Below, piece by piece: positions 1 through 11,358 of a stretch of 64,000 nt of DNA. The first letter of the stretch is position 1, and each line of letters begins with the position of its first letter. A program made the translations under genes and the position numbers. The DNA is from Treponemataceae bacterium (GTDB lineage: Bacteria; Spirochaetota; Spirochaetia; Treponematales; Rectinemataceae), in assembly GCA_963677895.2 (NCBI GenBank), contig CAXXGJ010000018.1:192001-256000 (forward strand), read 5' to 3'. The notes below the pieces were generated by a model that was not told the DNA's origin, did not search any database, and was given only the letters and a program-made list of their open reading frames with translations.

Positions 1-1
1 C

Positions 2-817
2 AAGGTCATGACGGCTGCGGCAGCCGCGGCGGCGGCGGATTTCGTCATGATCCTGATCAACGACGAAAAGCAGGCTAAGCTTTACGCGGAGAGCATCGCC
101 CCCGCGCTGAAAGCAGGCAAGACACTGGCCTTCGCCCACGGCTTTAACATCCACTTCAAGCAAATCCTTCCTCCCAAGGACGTCAATGTGGTCATGATCG
201 CGCCCAAGGGGCCGGGCCATACGGTGCGGAGCCAGTTCCTCGAGGGCAAGGGCGTGCCCAATCTCGTGGCGGTGCACAACGACGCCACCGGCGACGCCAA
301 GAAACAGGCGCTGGCATACGCCGCGGGCATCGGCGGGGCCCGCGCGGGAATCCTGGAGACAACCTTCCAGGAGGAGACGGAAACCGACCTCTTTGGAGAA
401 CAATGCGTGCTCTGCGGCGGCGTTTCCGCCCTCATGAAGGCGGGATTCGAAACCCTCGTCGAGGCCGGATACCAGCCCGAGAGCGCTTACTTCGAATGCG
501 TGCACGAGATGAAGCTGATCATCGACCTCGTCGTGCAGAAGGGGCTCTCCTTCATGCGCTATTCGATCTCCGACACCGCCGAGTACGGCGATTACACCGT
601 CGGGCCGCGCATCATAACGGATGAAACCAAGAAGGAAATGAAGAAAGTGCTCACCGAGATCCAGAACGGCACCTTCGCCCGCAACTGGATACTGGAAAAC
701 CAGGCGAATCGTCCCTACTTCAACCGCATGCGAGCGATCGAAGGGGAGCATCAGGTCAACCAAGTCGGCGCCGAGCTGCGCGAGATGATGAGTTGGCAAA
801 AACCATCCCAGCGCTGA
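2..817 (+). CDS. ilvC: Ketol-acid reductoisomerase (5' truncated by window edge)
   Basis: Motifs [50 protein letters not shown]. Confidence 0.97.
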   Translation, partial: KVMTAAAAAAAADFVMILINDEKQAKLYAESIAPALKAGKTLAFAHGFNIHFKQILPPKDVNVVMIAPKGPGHTVRSQFLEGKGVPNLVAVHNDATGDAKKQALAYAAGIGGARAGILETTFQEETETDLFGEQCVLCGGVSALMKAGFETLVEAGYQPESAYFECVHEMKLIIDLVVQKGLSFMRYSISDTAEYGDYTVGPRIITDETKKEMKKVLTEIQNGTFARNWILENQANRPYFNRMRAIEGEHQVNQVGAELREMMSWQKPSQR

Positions 818-837
818 GCCGGGGATAAGGAGTCGGT

Positions 838-2379
838 ATGTCGCGGCAGATCAAGATTTTCGACACAACGCTGAGAGATGGCGAGCAGGCGCCCGGATGC
901 AGCATGAACCTCATGGAAAAAGTCGATGTCGCGCGCCAGCTGGCGCGCCTGGGCGTCGATGTCATCGAAGCGGGCTTCGCGATCGCGAGCCCGGGCGATT
1001 TCGCCTCGGTGAGGGAGATAGCCCGCACCATCAAGGGCCCGGTGATCGCGAGCCTCGCAAGGGCCACAGAAAAGGACATCGACACCGCCTGGGAAGCGCT
1101 GAAGGAGGCCGAAAAGCCGAGGATACACACCTTCATCGCGACATCCCCGGTGCACATGGAATACAAGCTCAAGATGAAGCCGGAGGAAGTGCTGGCCCAG
1201 GCCGAGGCCATGGTGCGCCGCGCGCTCCGGCTCTGCCCCGATGTCGAATTCTCCGCCGAGGACGCCTCCCGCACCGATCCGGAATTCCTGTACAGGGTCA
1301 TCGAGGCTGTCATCGCCGCCGGGGCGACCACCGTCAACATCCCGGACACCGTAGGCTACTCGGCTCCCGAGGAATTCGCGGCGCTGATCCGCGGCGTAAG
1401 AGACAACGTCCCCAACATCGACAAGGCGATAATCTCAGTCCACTGCCACAACGACCTCGGCCTCGCCGTGGCCAACTCCCTCGCGGCGCTTGCGGCGGGC
1501 GCCGGGCAGATAGAATGCACCATTAACGGACTCGGGGAAAGGGCGGGCAACGCGGCGCTCGAGGAGATAGTGATGGGACTCAGGACCCGCCCCGACCTCT
1601 TCGGCGTCACCTGCGGCATAGACACGACGCAGATCTACAACACGAGCAGGCTCGTCTCGGCGGTCACCGGCGTCCAGGTCCAGCCCAACAAAGCCATCGT
1701 CGGCGACAACGCCTTCGCCCATGAGGCCGGGATACACCAGCACGGCATGCTCGCCAATCGGGCTACCTACGAGATCATGACGCCCGAGTCGATAGGTCTT
1801 TCCAAGAACTCCATGGTCCTTGGCAAGCATTCGGGCAAGCACGCATTCGAAGACAGGGTCAAAGAATTAGGCTTCGACGTGGAACCGGGACTCATCGCTG
1901 GCATCTTCGAGGAATTCAAGGCGCTGGCCGACCGGAAGAAGACGGTGAACGACAGGGACATCGAAGCCCTGGTCAGGGGAAAGACGATCCAGATTCCCGA
2001 AGCGTACAGGCTGAATCGTTTTGTCATCAACTCGGGTTCCAGCATCACGGCGACGAGCACCATCCGGCTCGCGCTCGCGAACGACGGTTTCGTCGAGCAA
2101 GTAGCCGTGGGCGACGGTCCCATAGACGCCTCCTTCAAGGCTATCGACAAGATCGTGGGCAAGGCCTTTTCCCTCGAGTCCTTCTCCCTCGACGCGGTCA
2201 CGGGCGGCAAGGACGCCCAGGGCGAGGCGAGGGTGAGGATTCTCCACAAGGGCAAGGGCTACAACGGCCGGGGTCTTTCCACCGACATCATCGAGGCGAG
2301 CATAAAAGCCTATGTGACGGCGGTCAACGCCATGGTCCACGAAACGGAGGTGGCCAATGGCCCGCGTAACGATACTTGA
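838..2379 (+). CDS. leuA: 2-isopropylmalate synthase
   Basis: DTTLRDGEQAPG, HCHNDLG, GERAGNA, HEAGIHQ; C-terminal regulatory domain (GDGPIDA); AGGAG RBS. Confidence 0.96.
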   Translation: MSRQIKIFDTTLRDGEQAPGCSMNLMEKVDVARQLARLGVDVIEAGFAIASPGDFASVREIARTIKGPVIASLARATEKDIDTAWEALKEAEKPRIHTFIATSPVHMEYKLKMKPEEVLAQAEAMVRRALRLCPDVEFSAEDASRTDPEFLYRVIEAVIAAGATTVNIPDTVGYSAPEEFAALIRGVRDNVPNIDKAIISVHCHNDLGLAVANSLAALAAGAGQIECTINGLGERAGNAALEEIVMGLRTRPDLFGVTCGIDTTQIYNTSRLVSAVTGVQVQPNKAIVGDNAFAHEAGIHQHGMLANRATYEIMTPESIGLSKNSMVLGKHSGKHAFEDRVKELGFDVEPGLIAGIFEEFKALADRKKTVNDRDIEALVRGKTIQIPEAYRLNRFVINSGSSITATSTIRLALANDGFVEQVAVGDGPIDASFKAIDKIVGKAFSLESFSLDAVTGGKDAQGEARVRILHKGKGYNGRGLSTDIIEASIKAYVTAVNAMVHETEVANGPRNDT

Positions 2380-3979
2380 TTCGACCCTCCGCGACGGCGC
2401 CCAGGGGGAGGGCATCAGCTTTTCGGTCCAGGATAAACTCAACATCGTGCGGCTCCTGGACTCGCTGGGCGTTGATTACGTGGAGGCGGGCAATCCGGGT
2501 TCCAACCCCAAGGACATGGAATTTTTCAGGGAAGCGGCTCATCTTTCCCTCGGGAGGGCAAAACTCGTGGCTTTCGGGCCGACCCGCCGCGTGGGCATAG
2601 AAGCTTCCCGGGACGAAGGCCTGAAGAGTCTTCTCGGCGTGGGAACGAAAACCGTGGTCATCTTCGGCAAGAGCTGGGATTTCCATGTGAACCATGTGCT
2701 GAAGGCGAGCCTGGACGAGAACCTCGCCATGATAACGGAATCCTGCGCCTATGCCGCGGCGGCCGGGCGCAGCGTGATCTACGACGCCGAGCATTTTTTC
2801 GATGGGTACGCGGCGAACCCGGAATACGCGATGCGCACGCTCGCCGCGGCGATAGCGGGGGGAGCGAGCTGTGTCGCGCTCTGTGATACCAACGGCGGCA
2901 GCCTGCCCGGGTGGGTAGGCGAGCTTACGGCGGTGGTCGCGCGCAAGTTCGGCCCTGACGTGGACGTAGGAGTCCACGCGCACAACGATTCAGGCCTGGC
3001 TGTCGCGAATTCCCTGGCCGCGGTGAACGCGGGAGCCAGCCATGTGCAGGGTTGCCTCGCGGGTTTCGGCGAGCGCTGCGGAAACGCGAACCTGTCGACG
3101 ATCATCGCCGATCTCAGGCTCAAGATGGGCGTCGACTGCCTTCAGCCCGACTCCCTTTCCCTCCTCTCCCTGACGGCGCGCAGCGTGGCCGAGATCGCCA
3201 ATATAGTCTTCGACGAAAGCACGCCCTTCGTGGGGCGCCACGCCTTCGCCCATAAGGCGGGGATGCATGTCGACGCCGTCGCGAAGAACCCGCGCTCCTT
3301 CGAACATGTCGATCCTCCGCTCGTGGGCAACGAGCGCCGGATCCTGGTTTCCGAAGTGGGAGGCCGCTCCGTCATCCTCGACCGGGTGAGGCGCGTCTAT
3401 CCCGAAGCCACCAAGGATTCCCCCCTCGTCGCCCAGGTGCTTTCGAAGCTCAAGGAAATGGAACGCTTCGGCTACCAGTTCGAAGGCGCCGACGCGAGCC
3501 TCGATCTGCTGCTCATGAAGGTCACGGGCACGTACAAGCCTTTCTTCAGGCTGAGCAAATACAGAACCATAGGCGAGCAGCCTTCGGGGGACGCGGCTCG
3601 CTGCGCCCAAGCCACGGTGAAGATCGAGGTGGAGGGTGTGGAGGAGGTGAGCGTGGCGGAGGGGGACGGCCCGGTGCATGCCCTGGACTTGGCGCTGCGC
3701 AAGGCTCTGGAGCGCTTCTATCCGAGCCTCTCGGCCATGCGCCTCACCGACTACAAGGTGCGCGTCCTGGACAGCGCGAGCGCCGCGGCGGCCACCGTGC
3801 GCGTCTTCATCGAAAGTTCCGATACCGTGGATTCCTGGACGACCGTAGGCGTCTCGACGGACATCATCGAGGCGAGCTGGATCGCCCTCGTCGATTCGAT
3901 CGAATTCAAGCTCATCAAGGATATGGAAAAAAGCCGCGAGGCATCCGATGGAAAGGAGAAAAACAATCATGTTGCATAA
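2357..3979 (+). CDS. cimA: Citramalate synthase (LeuA-family paralog)
   Basis: [47 protein letters not shown] are typical of bacterial CimA. Confidence 0.9.
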   Translation: MARVTILDSTLRDGAQGEGISFSVQDKLNIVRLLDSLGVDYVEAGNPGSNPKDMEFFREAAHLSLGRAKLVAFGPTRRVGIEASRDEGLKSLLGVGTKTVVIFGKSWDFHVNHVLKASLDENLAMITESCAYAAAAGRSVIYDAEHFFDGYAANPEYAMRTLAAAIAGGASCVALCDTNGGSLPGWVGELTAVVARKFGPDVDVGVHAHNDSGLAVANSLAAVNAGASHVQGCLAGFGERCGNANLSTIIADLRLKMGVDCLQPDSLSLLSLTARSVAEIANIVFDESTPFVGRHAFAHKAGMHVDAVAKNPRSFEHVDPPLVGNERRILVSEVGGRSVILDRVRRVYPEATKDSPLVAQVLSKLKEMERFGYQFEGADASLDLLLMKVTGTYKPFFRLSKYRTIGEQPSGDAARCAQATVKIEVEGVEEVSVAEGDGPVHALDLALRKALERFYPSLSAMRLTDYKVRVLDSASAAAATVRVFIESSDTVDSWTTVGVSTDIIEASWIALVDSIEFKLIKDMEKSREASDGKEKNNHVA

Positions 3980-5054
3980 AATAGCGGTGATTCCCGGGGA
4001 CGGAATCGGCCCCGATGTCGTGAAAGAAGCGTTGGGCGCTCTTGTTGCGGTGGGCGATCGACGCGGACAGAAATTTGAGTTCGCGCAACTTCTTATGGGC
4101 GGCGCCGCCTTCGACGCTACCGGGGAACCTCTTCCGCCTGAAACCCTCCTGGCCTGCAAGCGAAGCGACGCGGTTCTCCTCGGCGCGGTGGGCGGCCCGA
4201 AGTGGGACAAGCTGCCCGGCGGAAAGCGCCCCGAAGCGGCCCTGCTCGGCCTGAGGGCGGGCCTCGGCGTCTATGCCAACCTGAGACCGGCATTGATGTT
4301 TCCCCAGCTCGCCTCCGCCTGCCCCTTAAGGCCCGACATCGCCGGAGAAGGGCTGGATATCCTCATCGTGAGGGAACTCACCGGGGGCATCTACTTCGGG
4401 GATCGCGGAAGGAGCCCCGACGGCGAGTCGGCATGGGACACCGAGCGCTACTCGCGCGCGGAGATAGAGCGTCTCGTCCACGTGGCCTTCGACGCGGCCA
4501 AAGGCCGGCGCAAAAAACTATGCGTGGTGGACAAGGCCAACATACTCGAATCGAGCCGCCTCTGGAGGGAAACCGTCATGGCTATGGCCCCCCATTGGCC
4601 CGAAGTGGAGCTGAGTTTCATGTATGTGGACAACTGCGCCATGCAGCTCGTCAGGAATCCGCGCCAGTTCGATGTCATCGCCACGAGCAACATGTTCGGC
4701 GACATCCTCTCGGACGAAGCGAGCATGCTCACCGGTTCCATAGGGATGCTGGCCAGCGCGAGCCTCGGCTACGCGGGGCCGGGGCTCTACGAACCCATCC
4801 ATGGCTCGGCGCCGGATATCGCCGGGATGGACAAGGCCAATCCCCTGGCCACGATACTCTCGGCGGCCCTGCTTCTCCGCCACTCGCTCAGCCTCGAGAC
4901 CGAGGCGAAAATGATCGAGTCGGCCGTCTCCTCCGTCCTGGACGCGGGGTACCGCTGCGCCGACATCGCCGCGGGCCTCCCCGGGGAAAGGATTGTGGGA
5001 ACGAGAGAGATGGGAGCGGCGGTCTGCGCGGCCATACGCGGAATGGCGACGTAA
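3969..5054 (+). CDS. leuB: 3-isopropylmalate dehydrogenase
   Basis: [51 protein letters not shown]; start taken at ATG 3969. Confidence 0.96.
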   Translation: MLHKIAVIPGDGIGPDVVKEALGALVAVGDRRGQKFEFAQLLMGGAAFDATGEPLPPETLLACKRSDAVLLGAVGGPKWDKLPGGKRPEAALLGLRAGLGVYANLRPALMFPQLASACPLRPDIAGEGLDILIVRELTGGIYFGDRGRSPDGESAWDTERYSRAEIERLVHVAFDAAKGRRKKLCVVDKANILESSRLWRETVMAMAPHWPEVELSFMYVDNCAMQLVRNPRQFDVIATSNMFGDILSDEASMLTGSIGMLASASLGYAGPGLYEPIHGSAPDIAGMDKANPLATILSAALLLRHSLSLETEAKMIESAVSSVLDAGYRCADIAAGLPGERIVGTREMGAAVCAAIRGMAT

Positions 5055-5076
5055 AACAGGAAAGATGGAGCATATC

Positions 5077-6789
5077 ATGCAGATGACCGGTTCAAGAATC
5101 ATCATAGAATGCCTCGTCGAGCAGGGCGTGGACGTGGTCTTCGGCTATCCCGGCGGCACCGTCCTCAATATCTACGACGAGCTGTACAGAAACGCCGACA
5201 GAATCAGGCACATCCTGACATCCCACGAGCAGGGGGCTTCCCACGCGGCGGACGGCTACGCGCGTTCGACCGGCAGACCCGGCGTGGTGATCGCCACGAG
5301 CGGGCCTGGGGCCACCAATCTCGTGACCGGCATAGCCGCGGCCTACATGGACTCCGTTCCCCTCGTCGCGATCACGGGCAACGTACCCCTATCGCTTTTG
5401 GGCAAGGACAGTTTTCAGGAAGTGGACATCGCCGGCGTCACCATGCCCATCACCAAACACAACTTCATCGTGAAGGACGTGCGCGAACTGGCGGATACGA
5501 TGAGACTGGCCTTCGAGATAGCGACGACGGGAAGGCCGGGACCGGTCCTGGTGGACGTCACCAAGGACGTGACCGCGGCGCGGACCGAGTGGGTCTCCGC
5601 CGACGAAAGCGCCGTGCTTCGGGCTAGCGCGGCATCGACCCATCGCTTTACGGCCAAGGCCATCAAGTCCGTTACGGCCAAGGAACTCGACGACGCCGCC
5701 GCCCTCATAGCGGCGGCCGAAAAACCTTTCATCTACGCGGGCGGCGGCGTCATCATAGCCGATGCGGCCAGCCAGCTCCGCGAATTCGCCGAGCGCCTCC
5801 ATGCCCCCTGCGCGCTCAGCCTCATGGGCCACGGCGCCATGCCCGCCGACCATCCGCTTTTCACGGGCATGATCGGGATGCACGGGACGAAAGCCTCCAA
5901 TATGGCCGCCGGCGCGGCCGACCTCCTCATCGCGGTGGGCGCCCGTTTCTCCGATCGCGTGGTGAGCAATCTGTCGGTCTTCGCTAAGAAGGCGAAGATC
6001 CTCCATATCGACATCGACCCTGCCGAGATCAACAAGAACGTCAGGAGCTACACCTCCCTCGTGGGCGACGTCAAGGAAATCCTGACCGGACTCAATGCCC
6101 GCATCGCGCCGAAAAAGATTTCGGCCTGGAACGGGGACATAGCGGCGTGGAAAGAGGAGCGTCCCTCCTCGCACGAGACGAAAAAAGCGCTCCACCCCCG
6201 CTTCATCCTCGAGACCATCCACTCGAAGGTGGGCGACGACGCCTTCGTCACCACCGAAGTCGGCCAGCACCAGATGTGGACCGCCCAGTTCTATCCCTTC
6301 TCGAAACCGCGTACCTTCATTACCTCGGGAGGCCTCGGCGCCATGGGCTTCGGCACGGGGGCGGCTATGGGCGTCCAGGTAGCCCACCCGGAGGCGCAGG
6401 TGGTCCATATCGCCGGAGACGGTTCCTTCCGCATGAACTGCGCCGAACTGGCGACCATCGTCAACTACAACCTGCCGATACTCATCGTCGTGTTCAACAA
6501 CGGGACGCTGGGCATGGTGAGGCAATGGCAGACCATGTTCTACGAAAAACGCTACTGTCAGACGACACTCGACAGGCCGCCCGACTTCGTGAAGCTGGCC
6601 GACGCCTACGGCTTGCCCGGCTACAGAGCCCGCGAACCCGAAGAGTTCCGCGCCTGCCTGGAAGCCGCCCTTTCCCGCAGAGGTCCCGCGCTCATCGAAT
6701 GCATCCTGGACATCGACGAGAAAGTGCTGCCGATGGTCCCTGCCGGCAAACCCATAGACGAGCTTATACTCGAGCCAAGAGAGAGTTGA
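5077..6789 (+). CDS. ilvB: Acetolactate synthase large subunit
   Basis: FGYPGG, HEQGASHAADGYAR, TSGPGATN, VGQHQMW, TPP motif GDGSFRMN; GGAG RBS before ATG 5077. Confidence 0.95.
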   Translation: MQMTGSRIIIECLVEQGVDVVFGYPGGTVLNIYDELYRNADRIRHILTSHEQGASHAADGYARSTGRPGVVIATSGPGATNLVTGIAAAYMDSVPLVAITGNVPLSLLGKDSFQEVDIAGVTMPITKHNFIVKDVRELADTMRLAFEIATTGRPGPVLVDVTKDVTAARTEWVSADESAVLRASAASTHRFTAKAIKSVTAKELDDAAALIAAAEKPFIYAGGGVIIADAASQLREFAERLHAPCALSLMGHGAMPADHPLFTGMIGMHGTKASNMAAGAADLLIAVGARFSDRVVSNLSVFAKKAKILHIDIDPAEINKNVRSYTSLVGDVKEILTGLNARIAPKKISAWNGDIAAWKEERPSSHETKKALHPRFILETIHSKVGDDAFVTTEVGQHQMWTAQFYPFSKPRTFITSGGLGAMGFGTGAAMGVQVAHPEAQVVHIAGDGSFRMNCAELATIVNYNLPILIVVFNNGTLGMVRQWQTMFYEKRYCQTTLDRPPDFVKLADAYGLPGYRAREPEEFRACLEAALSRRGPALIECILDIDEKVLPMVPAGKPIDELILEPRES

Positions 6790-7096
6790 GGAGCATATAC
6801 AGGATCGTGCCTCCCAGAATGCTGAGGAGGGCGTTGCGTTTCCAGAGATGGAGAGCGACGACGGCCGCGCCAGCGACGGCCGAGGCGGCTCCGACGGCGG
6901 GGGCCGCCCAGTCGATCGACGTGTAGGAAGACACTGCCAGGACGGTCATGGCGATCGCGGGCATATAGGCTTCGACGAAGGATAGGAAGGCGGGAGGTTT
7001 TCTGCCCGCGAAGAAGAGGAAGGGCAGTGCGCGGCAGAACACGATGATCAGCATCATCGCCGCGGCAGCGACGAGGGCTTCAGCGACGCTCAGCAT
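6764..7096 (-). CDS. azlD: Branched-chain amino acid exporter small subunit, AzlD family
   Basis: 110-aa hydrophobic protein with RALPFLFF and HLWKRNALLSI; overlaps azlC. Confidence 0.85.
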   Translation of the reverse strand: MLSVAEALVAAAAMMLIIVFCRALPFLFFAGRKPPAFLSFVEAYMPAIAMTVLAVSSYTSIDWAAPAVGAASAVAGAAVVALHLWKRNALLSILGGTILYMLLNSLLARV

Positions 7097-7787
7097 CGGA
7101 CGCTCCCTTGCGGTCGCCCGCCACCAGGATTATCGTCGCCATGAGCAGCCCGACGATGATGGTTCCCCTGTCCCCGACAAGGAATTTCGCCGCGATGGTG
7201 GAGAGGCCGGCCACCAGGAAGGGCAGGGCTTTCTTCAGCTTGAGCGCCTGCTCCACGGCCAGGACGATGAACATCGCGGTGAGGGCGAAATTGAGCCCTT
7301 CGATCTTGTAGGGAATGAGGGCGCCCGCCAGGGCGCCGATGGCCGTGCCCAGCACCCAATAGAGCTGGTTGAAGCCCGAGACCATGAGAAGGAAGCCGCC
7401 GTCGGCCCTATCCTTTTCGCTTGCCGAACTCAGGAGGGCATAGGTTTCGTCGGTGAGGGCGAATACGAGGTAGGGGCGCACGCGCGGATGCTTGCCGAAG
7501 GTTTTGATGAGGGAAAGCCCGTAAGCCGCATGCCTTAAGTTTACGATGAGGGTGACGAGGGCGATTTCCGCCAGGGAAGCGCCCGCCGCGAAAAGGCCGA
7601 TGCCTATGTACTGCGCCGCGCCGGCGTAGACGAAAACGCTCATGAGCAGGGCGAACCACCAGGGATATCCGGAATTCACCGCAAGCAGGCCGAAACCGAA
7701 GCCTATGGTCACATAGCCGAGGAGGACGGGTATGCTCGACTTGAAGGCGTGGATGGCCGAACTGCTTTTGCCGTCTGAAATTGTCAT
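7080..7787 (-). CDS. azlC: Branched-chain amino acid exporter large subunit, AzlC family
   Basis: YAGAAQY, NLRH..YG, LTDETYA, LNFALTAMF motifs. Confidence 0.9.
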   Translation of the reverse strand: MTISDGKSSSAIHAFKSSIPVLLGYVTIGFGFGLLAVNSGYPWWFALLMSVFVYAGAAQYIGIGLFAAGASLAEIALVTLIVNLRHAAYGLSLIKTFGKHPRVRPYLVFALTDETYALLSSASEKDRADGGFLLMVSGFNQLYWVLGTAIGALAGALIPYKIEGLNFALTAMFIVLAVEQALKLKKALPFLVAGLSTIAAKFLVGDRGTIIVGLLMATIILVAGDRKGASDAERR

Positions 7788-7879
7788 TGCGAGAAGAATA
7801 TGGATGATATGGAGTTAGGTCAATCGGGAGCCGCCTCCTCGGTCTTGTAAAATCGACCTCTTTCCAGCATACTGAAACC

Positions 7880-9028
7880 ATGGGAACTCAAATGAGGGGC
7901 ATCGCGCTTTGCGCCGTCGGCCTCGAAAAAATCGCCGCGCAGGAAATCACTCGACTCGGTCTTTCCGTCCTCGAACGAAGGCCGGGCAGAATCTACTTTA
8001 AATTGGATGAGATCACCCTGGCCAGGGATCTGGCCACGGCCAATATCGGCCTTAGAACGGTCGAAAGAGTGCTGCTTGAGCTCGGACGCTTCAACGCGGG
8101 GGATTTCGACGCCTTTTTCGAAGGCATACGGGCTCTTCCCTGGGAACTCTGCTGCTTCAAGGATTCGAAACTCCACATCGAGAGGGTGAGATCGCACGCG
8201 TCCAAGCTGGCTGCGCAGACAAGCCTCCAGTCCATGACGCAGAAAGCCGCCTATTCCCGGCTCATGGAAATCTACAAGATGAGCCAGATGCCCGAAACGG
8301 GCAATATCGTCGGCGCCCGCGTCTATCTGGACAACGACGAGTGCTCGGTCGGCATCGACACATCGGGCGACCCCCTGCACAAGAGAGGATACCGAAAGCG
8401 AGTCGTCCTGGCGCCTCTCAAGGAGACGATCGCCGCTTCCCTCCTTTTCTTCTCCGGATGGAACAGGAAATACGCCCTCCTCGATCCCTTCTGCGGATCG
8501 GGCACCATAGCCATCGAAGCGGCCCTCTACGCCCTCGATTTCGCGCCCGGCCTCATGCGCCGTTTCTCCTTCGAGCTGATGCCCGGCGTTTCGCCCAAGG
8601 TCGTCGATGAGGTGAGATCGGAATTTGAGGCGAAAATCAGGAACGATGTAGAGGTGGAGATCAGGGCTTCGGACACCGATCCGGACGCGCTGAACGCCGC
8701 GCGCGGAAACGCCGACGACGCTGGCGTGCTGGATTGGATCACCTTCGAGCAGAGAAAGGCCGAGGACGCGGCGCCCTTCGCCCCCAAGGGGCATCTTCTG
8801 GCCAACCCGCCCTACGGCAACAGGCTGGGAACTCAGGAAGAAGCCAAAGAACTCTACGAAAGACTGGCCGAGATGAGGGATAGGTTCTCCTCGGGCAACT
8901 GGGCTATGGGCTTCATAACCGACAAGGACGATTTCGGCGACGTGTTCGGATTGCTTCCTGACGCCTCCCACCATATCGTGAACGGAGCGGAGGAACAGTG
9001 GTTTCATTGGTTCCCGGCCAAGGGCTGA
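7880..9028 (+). CDS. THUMP-domain class I SAM RNA methyltransferase (RlmL N-terminal/YpsC-like)
   Basis: LHKRGYR, APLKETIAA, DPFCGSGTIAIEA, NPPYG motifs. Confidence 0.88.
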   Translation: MGTQMRGIALCAVGLEKIAAQEITRLGLSVLERRPGRIYFKLDEITLARDLATANIGLRTVERVLLELGRFNAGDFDAFFEGIRALPWELCCFKDSKLHIERVRSHASKLAAQTSLQSMTQKAAYSRLMEIYKMSQMPETGNIVGARVYLDNDECSVGIDTSGDPLHKRGYRKRVVLAPLKETIAASLLFFSGWNRKYALLDPFCGSGTIAIEAALYALDFAPGLMRRFSFELMPGVSPKVVDEVRSEFEAKIRNDVEVEIRASDTDPDALNAARGNADDAGVLDWITFEQRKAEDAAPFAPKGHLLANPPYGNRLGTQEEAKELYERLAEMRDRFSSGNWAMGFITDKDDFGDVFGLLPDASHHIVNGAEEQWFHWFPAKG

Positions 9029-9050
9029 ACCCGATCGGGAGCGCTGAGGC

Positions 9051-10634
9051 ATGAACAATAAATCGGAAAGCTATCCGCTCTGCAGCCTGGACAATGGCGC
9101 CTTCGCGCCCGAAGCGGCCCTCTTCGTCGTTTTCGGCGCCACGGGAGATCTCGCCCACAGGAAGATATTCCCCGCTCTTTTCGACCTCTTCGCGGGCGAC
9201 ATCCTGCCCCGCGATCTCCTCATCGTCGGTTTCGCGCGCAAGCCGCTGGATGACGCGTCATATCGCGAAGACCTGAAGCAAAGCTGCGTGAAATACGCGA
9301 GACGCGGAAAGTTTTCCGACAGGCAGTGGAAGTCCTTTTCCGAAAGGATTTTCTATCTCGCCTCCGATCTGGACGACCCCGCGGGCTATAGTCTTCTCGC
9401 CGACATCATCGCCGGCCGCGACGCCGGTTTCAAGGCCAGGGCAAAGGGCAGAAGCTGCCCCGCCAACGCGCTGTTCTACCTCGCCGTCGGTCCCGAGCAT
9501 TTCGGCGCTATCGCCAGAAGGCTGAGCGAGGCCGGCTTGGGATCGGCGGGATCGGGCGCGGCCGGAGGCGAGGCGGGCCAGGAAGGCTTGAAGGGCAGGG
9601 AAGGCTGGCGCAGGCTCGTCGTGGAAAAACCCTACGGGCGGGACGGGAAAAGCGCCTTGGCCTTGACCGCGGCCCTCCACAACGGCTTCGCCGAAAAAGA
9701 CATCTACCGGATCGACCATTACCTCGGCAAGGAAACGGTGCAGAATCTTCTCTATCTCAGGTTCGCGAACTCGGTTTTCGAGCCGGTCTGGAACAGGAAT
9801 CACATCGAATCGATCGATATTTCCGTATTCGAGACAGAGGGCATCGGGGAGAGGGGCGGATACTACGATTCCGCAGGCGCGGCGCGCGACATGCTCCAGA
9901 ATCACCTGATTCAGCTCATGTGCCTGACGACGATGGAACCGCCTGCGAGTCTCGACCCGGAGAGCATCCGCGACGAGAAGGTGAAGGTCCTACAGTCGGT
10001 TTCGCGCTTTCTGCCGCGGGATATCCTTTCGCGGTCGAGGAGGGGTCAGTACGTCGGGGGGAATGATTCCGAAGGCGGACAGGCGCGCGCCTACAGGGAT
10101 GAGTCCAGGGTGCGGCCTGATTCGACCACGGAGACTTTTGTCTCCCTGCGGGTCGAGCTGGACAACTGGCGCTTTTCCGGCGTTCCGATCAGGCTGTCGA
10201 CCGGCAAGGCTTTCGCCTCGAAATTCAGCCAGATCGTCATCCATTTCAGGCGCCCGCCCGTGGCGCTTTTCGCCGCCCAATGCGGCGACACGCTCATGCA
10301 CAACACGCTCACCATCAGGATACAGCCCGACGAGGGCGTATGGCTGCGTTTCAACGCCAAGGTGCCGGGCATTCCCGCCATCAAGGCGAGCGAGCTCCGC
10401 TTTTCGTACAGGGAAGTGGCCGATTATCTGCCCGAGGCCTACGAAAGGCTGATCGCCGACGCCCTAGCCGGGGATTCCACGCTCTTCATCCGCGCCGACG
10501 AATCCGAGCATGCCTGGCGCATTGTAGACGCTCTGGAAGCGGCATGGGCATCGGTAGATGCCCATGCCGCGCCGGAGGATGGGGGCTTGCTTCTATATCC
10601 CGTCGGTTCGGCGGTTCCGGAGTTCCCCGCTTGA
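9051..10634 (+). CDS. zwf: Glucose-6-phosphate 1-dehydrogenase
   Basis: GATGDLA, VVEKPYG, RIDHYLGKE, RDMLQNHL, EAYERL. Confidence 0.95.
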   Translation: MNNKSESYPLCSLDNGAFAPEAALFVVFGATGDLAHRKIFPALFDLFAGDILPRDLLIVGFARKPLDDASYREDLKQSCVKYARRGKFSDRQWKSFSERIFYLASDLDDPAGYSLLADIIAGRDAGFKARAKGRSCPANALFYLAVGPEHFGAIARRLSEAGLGSAGSGAAGGEAGQEGLKGREGWRRLVVEKPYGRDGKSALALTAALHNGFAEKDIYRIDHYLGKETVQNLLYLRFANSVFEPVWNRNHIESIDISVFETEGIGERGGYYDSAGAARDMLQNHLIQLMCLTTMEPPASLDPESIRDEKVKVLQSVSRFLPRDILSRSRRGQYVGGNDSEGGQARAYRDESRVRPDSTTETFVSLRVELDNWRFSGVPIRLSTGKAFASKFSQIVIHFRRPPVALFAAQCGDTLMHNTLTIRIQPDEGVWLRFNAKVPGIPAIKASELRFSYREVADYLPEAYERLIADALAGDSTLFIRADESEHAWRIVDALEAAWASVDAHAAPEDGGLLLYPVGSAVPEFPA

Positions 10635-11341
10635 GCTTCACGCTTTGCCGTTTCGAGGACGAGGGCGCCTGGATAGGGGGGATTGTCCTGGATTTCACAG
10701 GCGCCGTAGAGGCGGCCCTAGGCCGCCGGCAGGCTGTCTTCCACGCGAGTCTGGCCGGAGGGAACACTCCGGAGCCCGCGTACAGGGCGCTTGCCGCCGC
10801 CCCCTCCCTCGCCGCCCTAAGCGGAAAAATCCGTATCCATCTCTGGGTCGGCGACGAAAGGGAAGTACCAGCCGAAAGCCCTTCGCGCAACGGAAAGATG
10901 ATAGCCTCAGTTTTTGGGGAGGGGGCGGCTTCCGTCAGCGCCGCCGCGTCCTGGAACCATCCTCCCGTCGTTCATCTCTGGCCCGAAGGCGACCGGGAAA
11001 AAGCATGCGCGGCCTATGCCGAAGAAATCGAGAAAACCATCGGCGGAATGCCGGTCTTCGACCTCTCCATTCTCGGGATGGGCGCGGATGGCCATACCGC
11101 CGGTCTCTTTTCCATGGCCGATACAATGGCCGAATCCCTTACGGTCACCACCGAAGCCCCTTCCCATCCCGTATCGCGGATGACGATGAGCGCCGCTCTA
11201 CTCAAGCGGTCGCGGCACACCATGGTTCTCGTTCGCGGACGCGAAAAAAAGGCGATGCTTGACGAAATTCTGAAAGATGACCGCTTTCCCTTGAATATGG
11301 CGGCTGGATCCCCCGCAACGATCTATTATCTCGAAGCCTGA
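10631..11341 (+). CDS. pgl: 6-phosphogluconolactonase
   Basis: LAGGNTP, GDEREVP, LGMGADGHTAGLF; TTG start overlapping the zwf stop is inferred. Confidence 0.85.
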   Translation: MSFTLCRFEDEGAWIGGIVLDFTGAVEAALGRRQAVFHASLAGGNTPEPAYRALAAAPSLAALSGKIRIHLWVGDEREVPAESPSRNGKMIASVFGEGAASVSAAASWNHPPVVHLWPEGDREKACAAYAEEIEKTIGGMPVFDLSILGMGADGHTAGLFSMADTMAESLTVTTEAPSHPVSRMTMSAALLKRSRHTMVLVRGREKKAMLDEILKDDRFPLNMAAGSPATIYYLEA

Positions 11342-11358
11342 ACGAAACGGAGACCATC

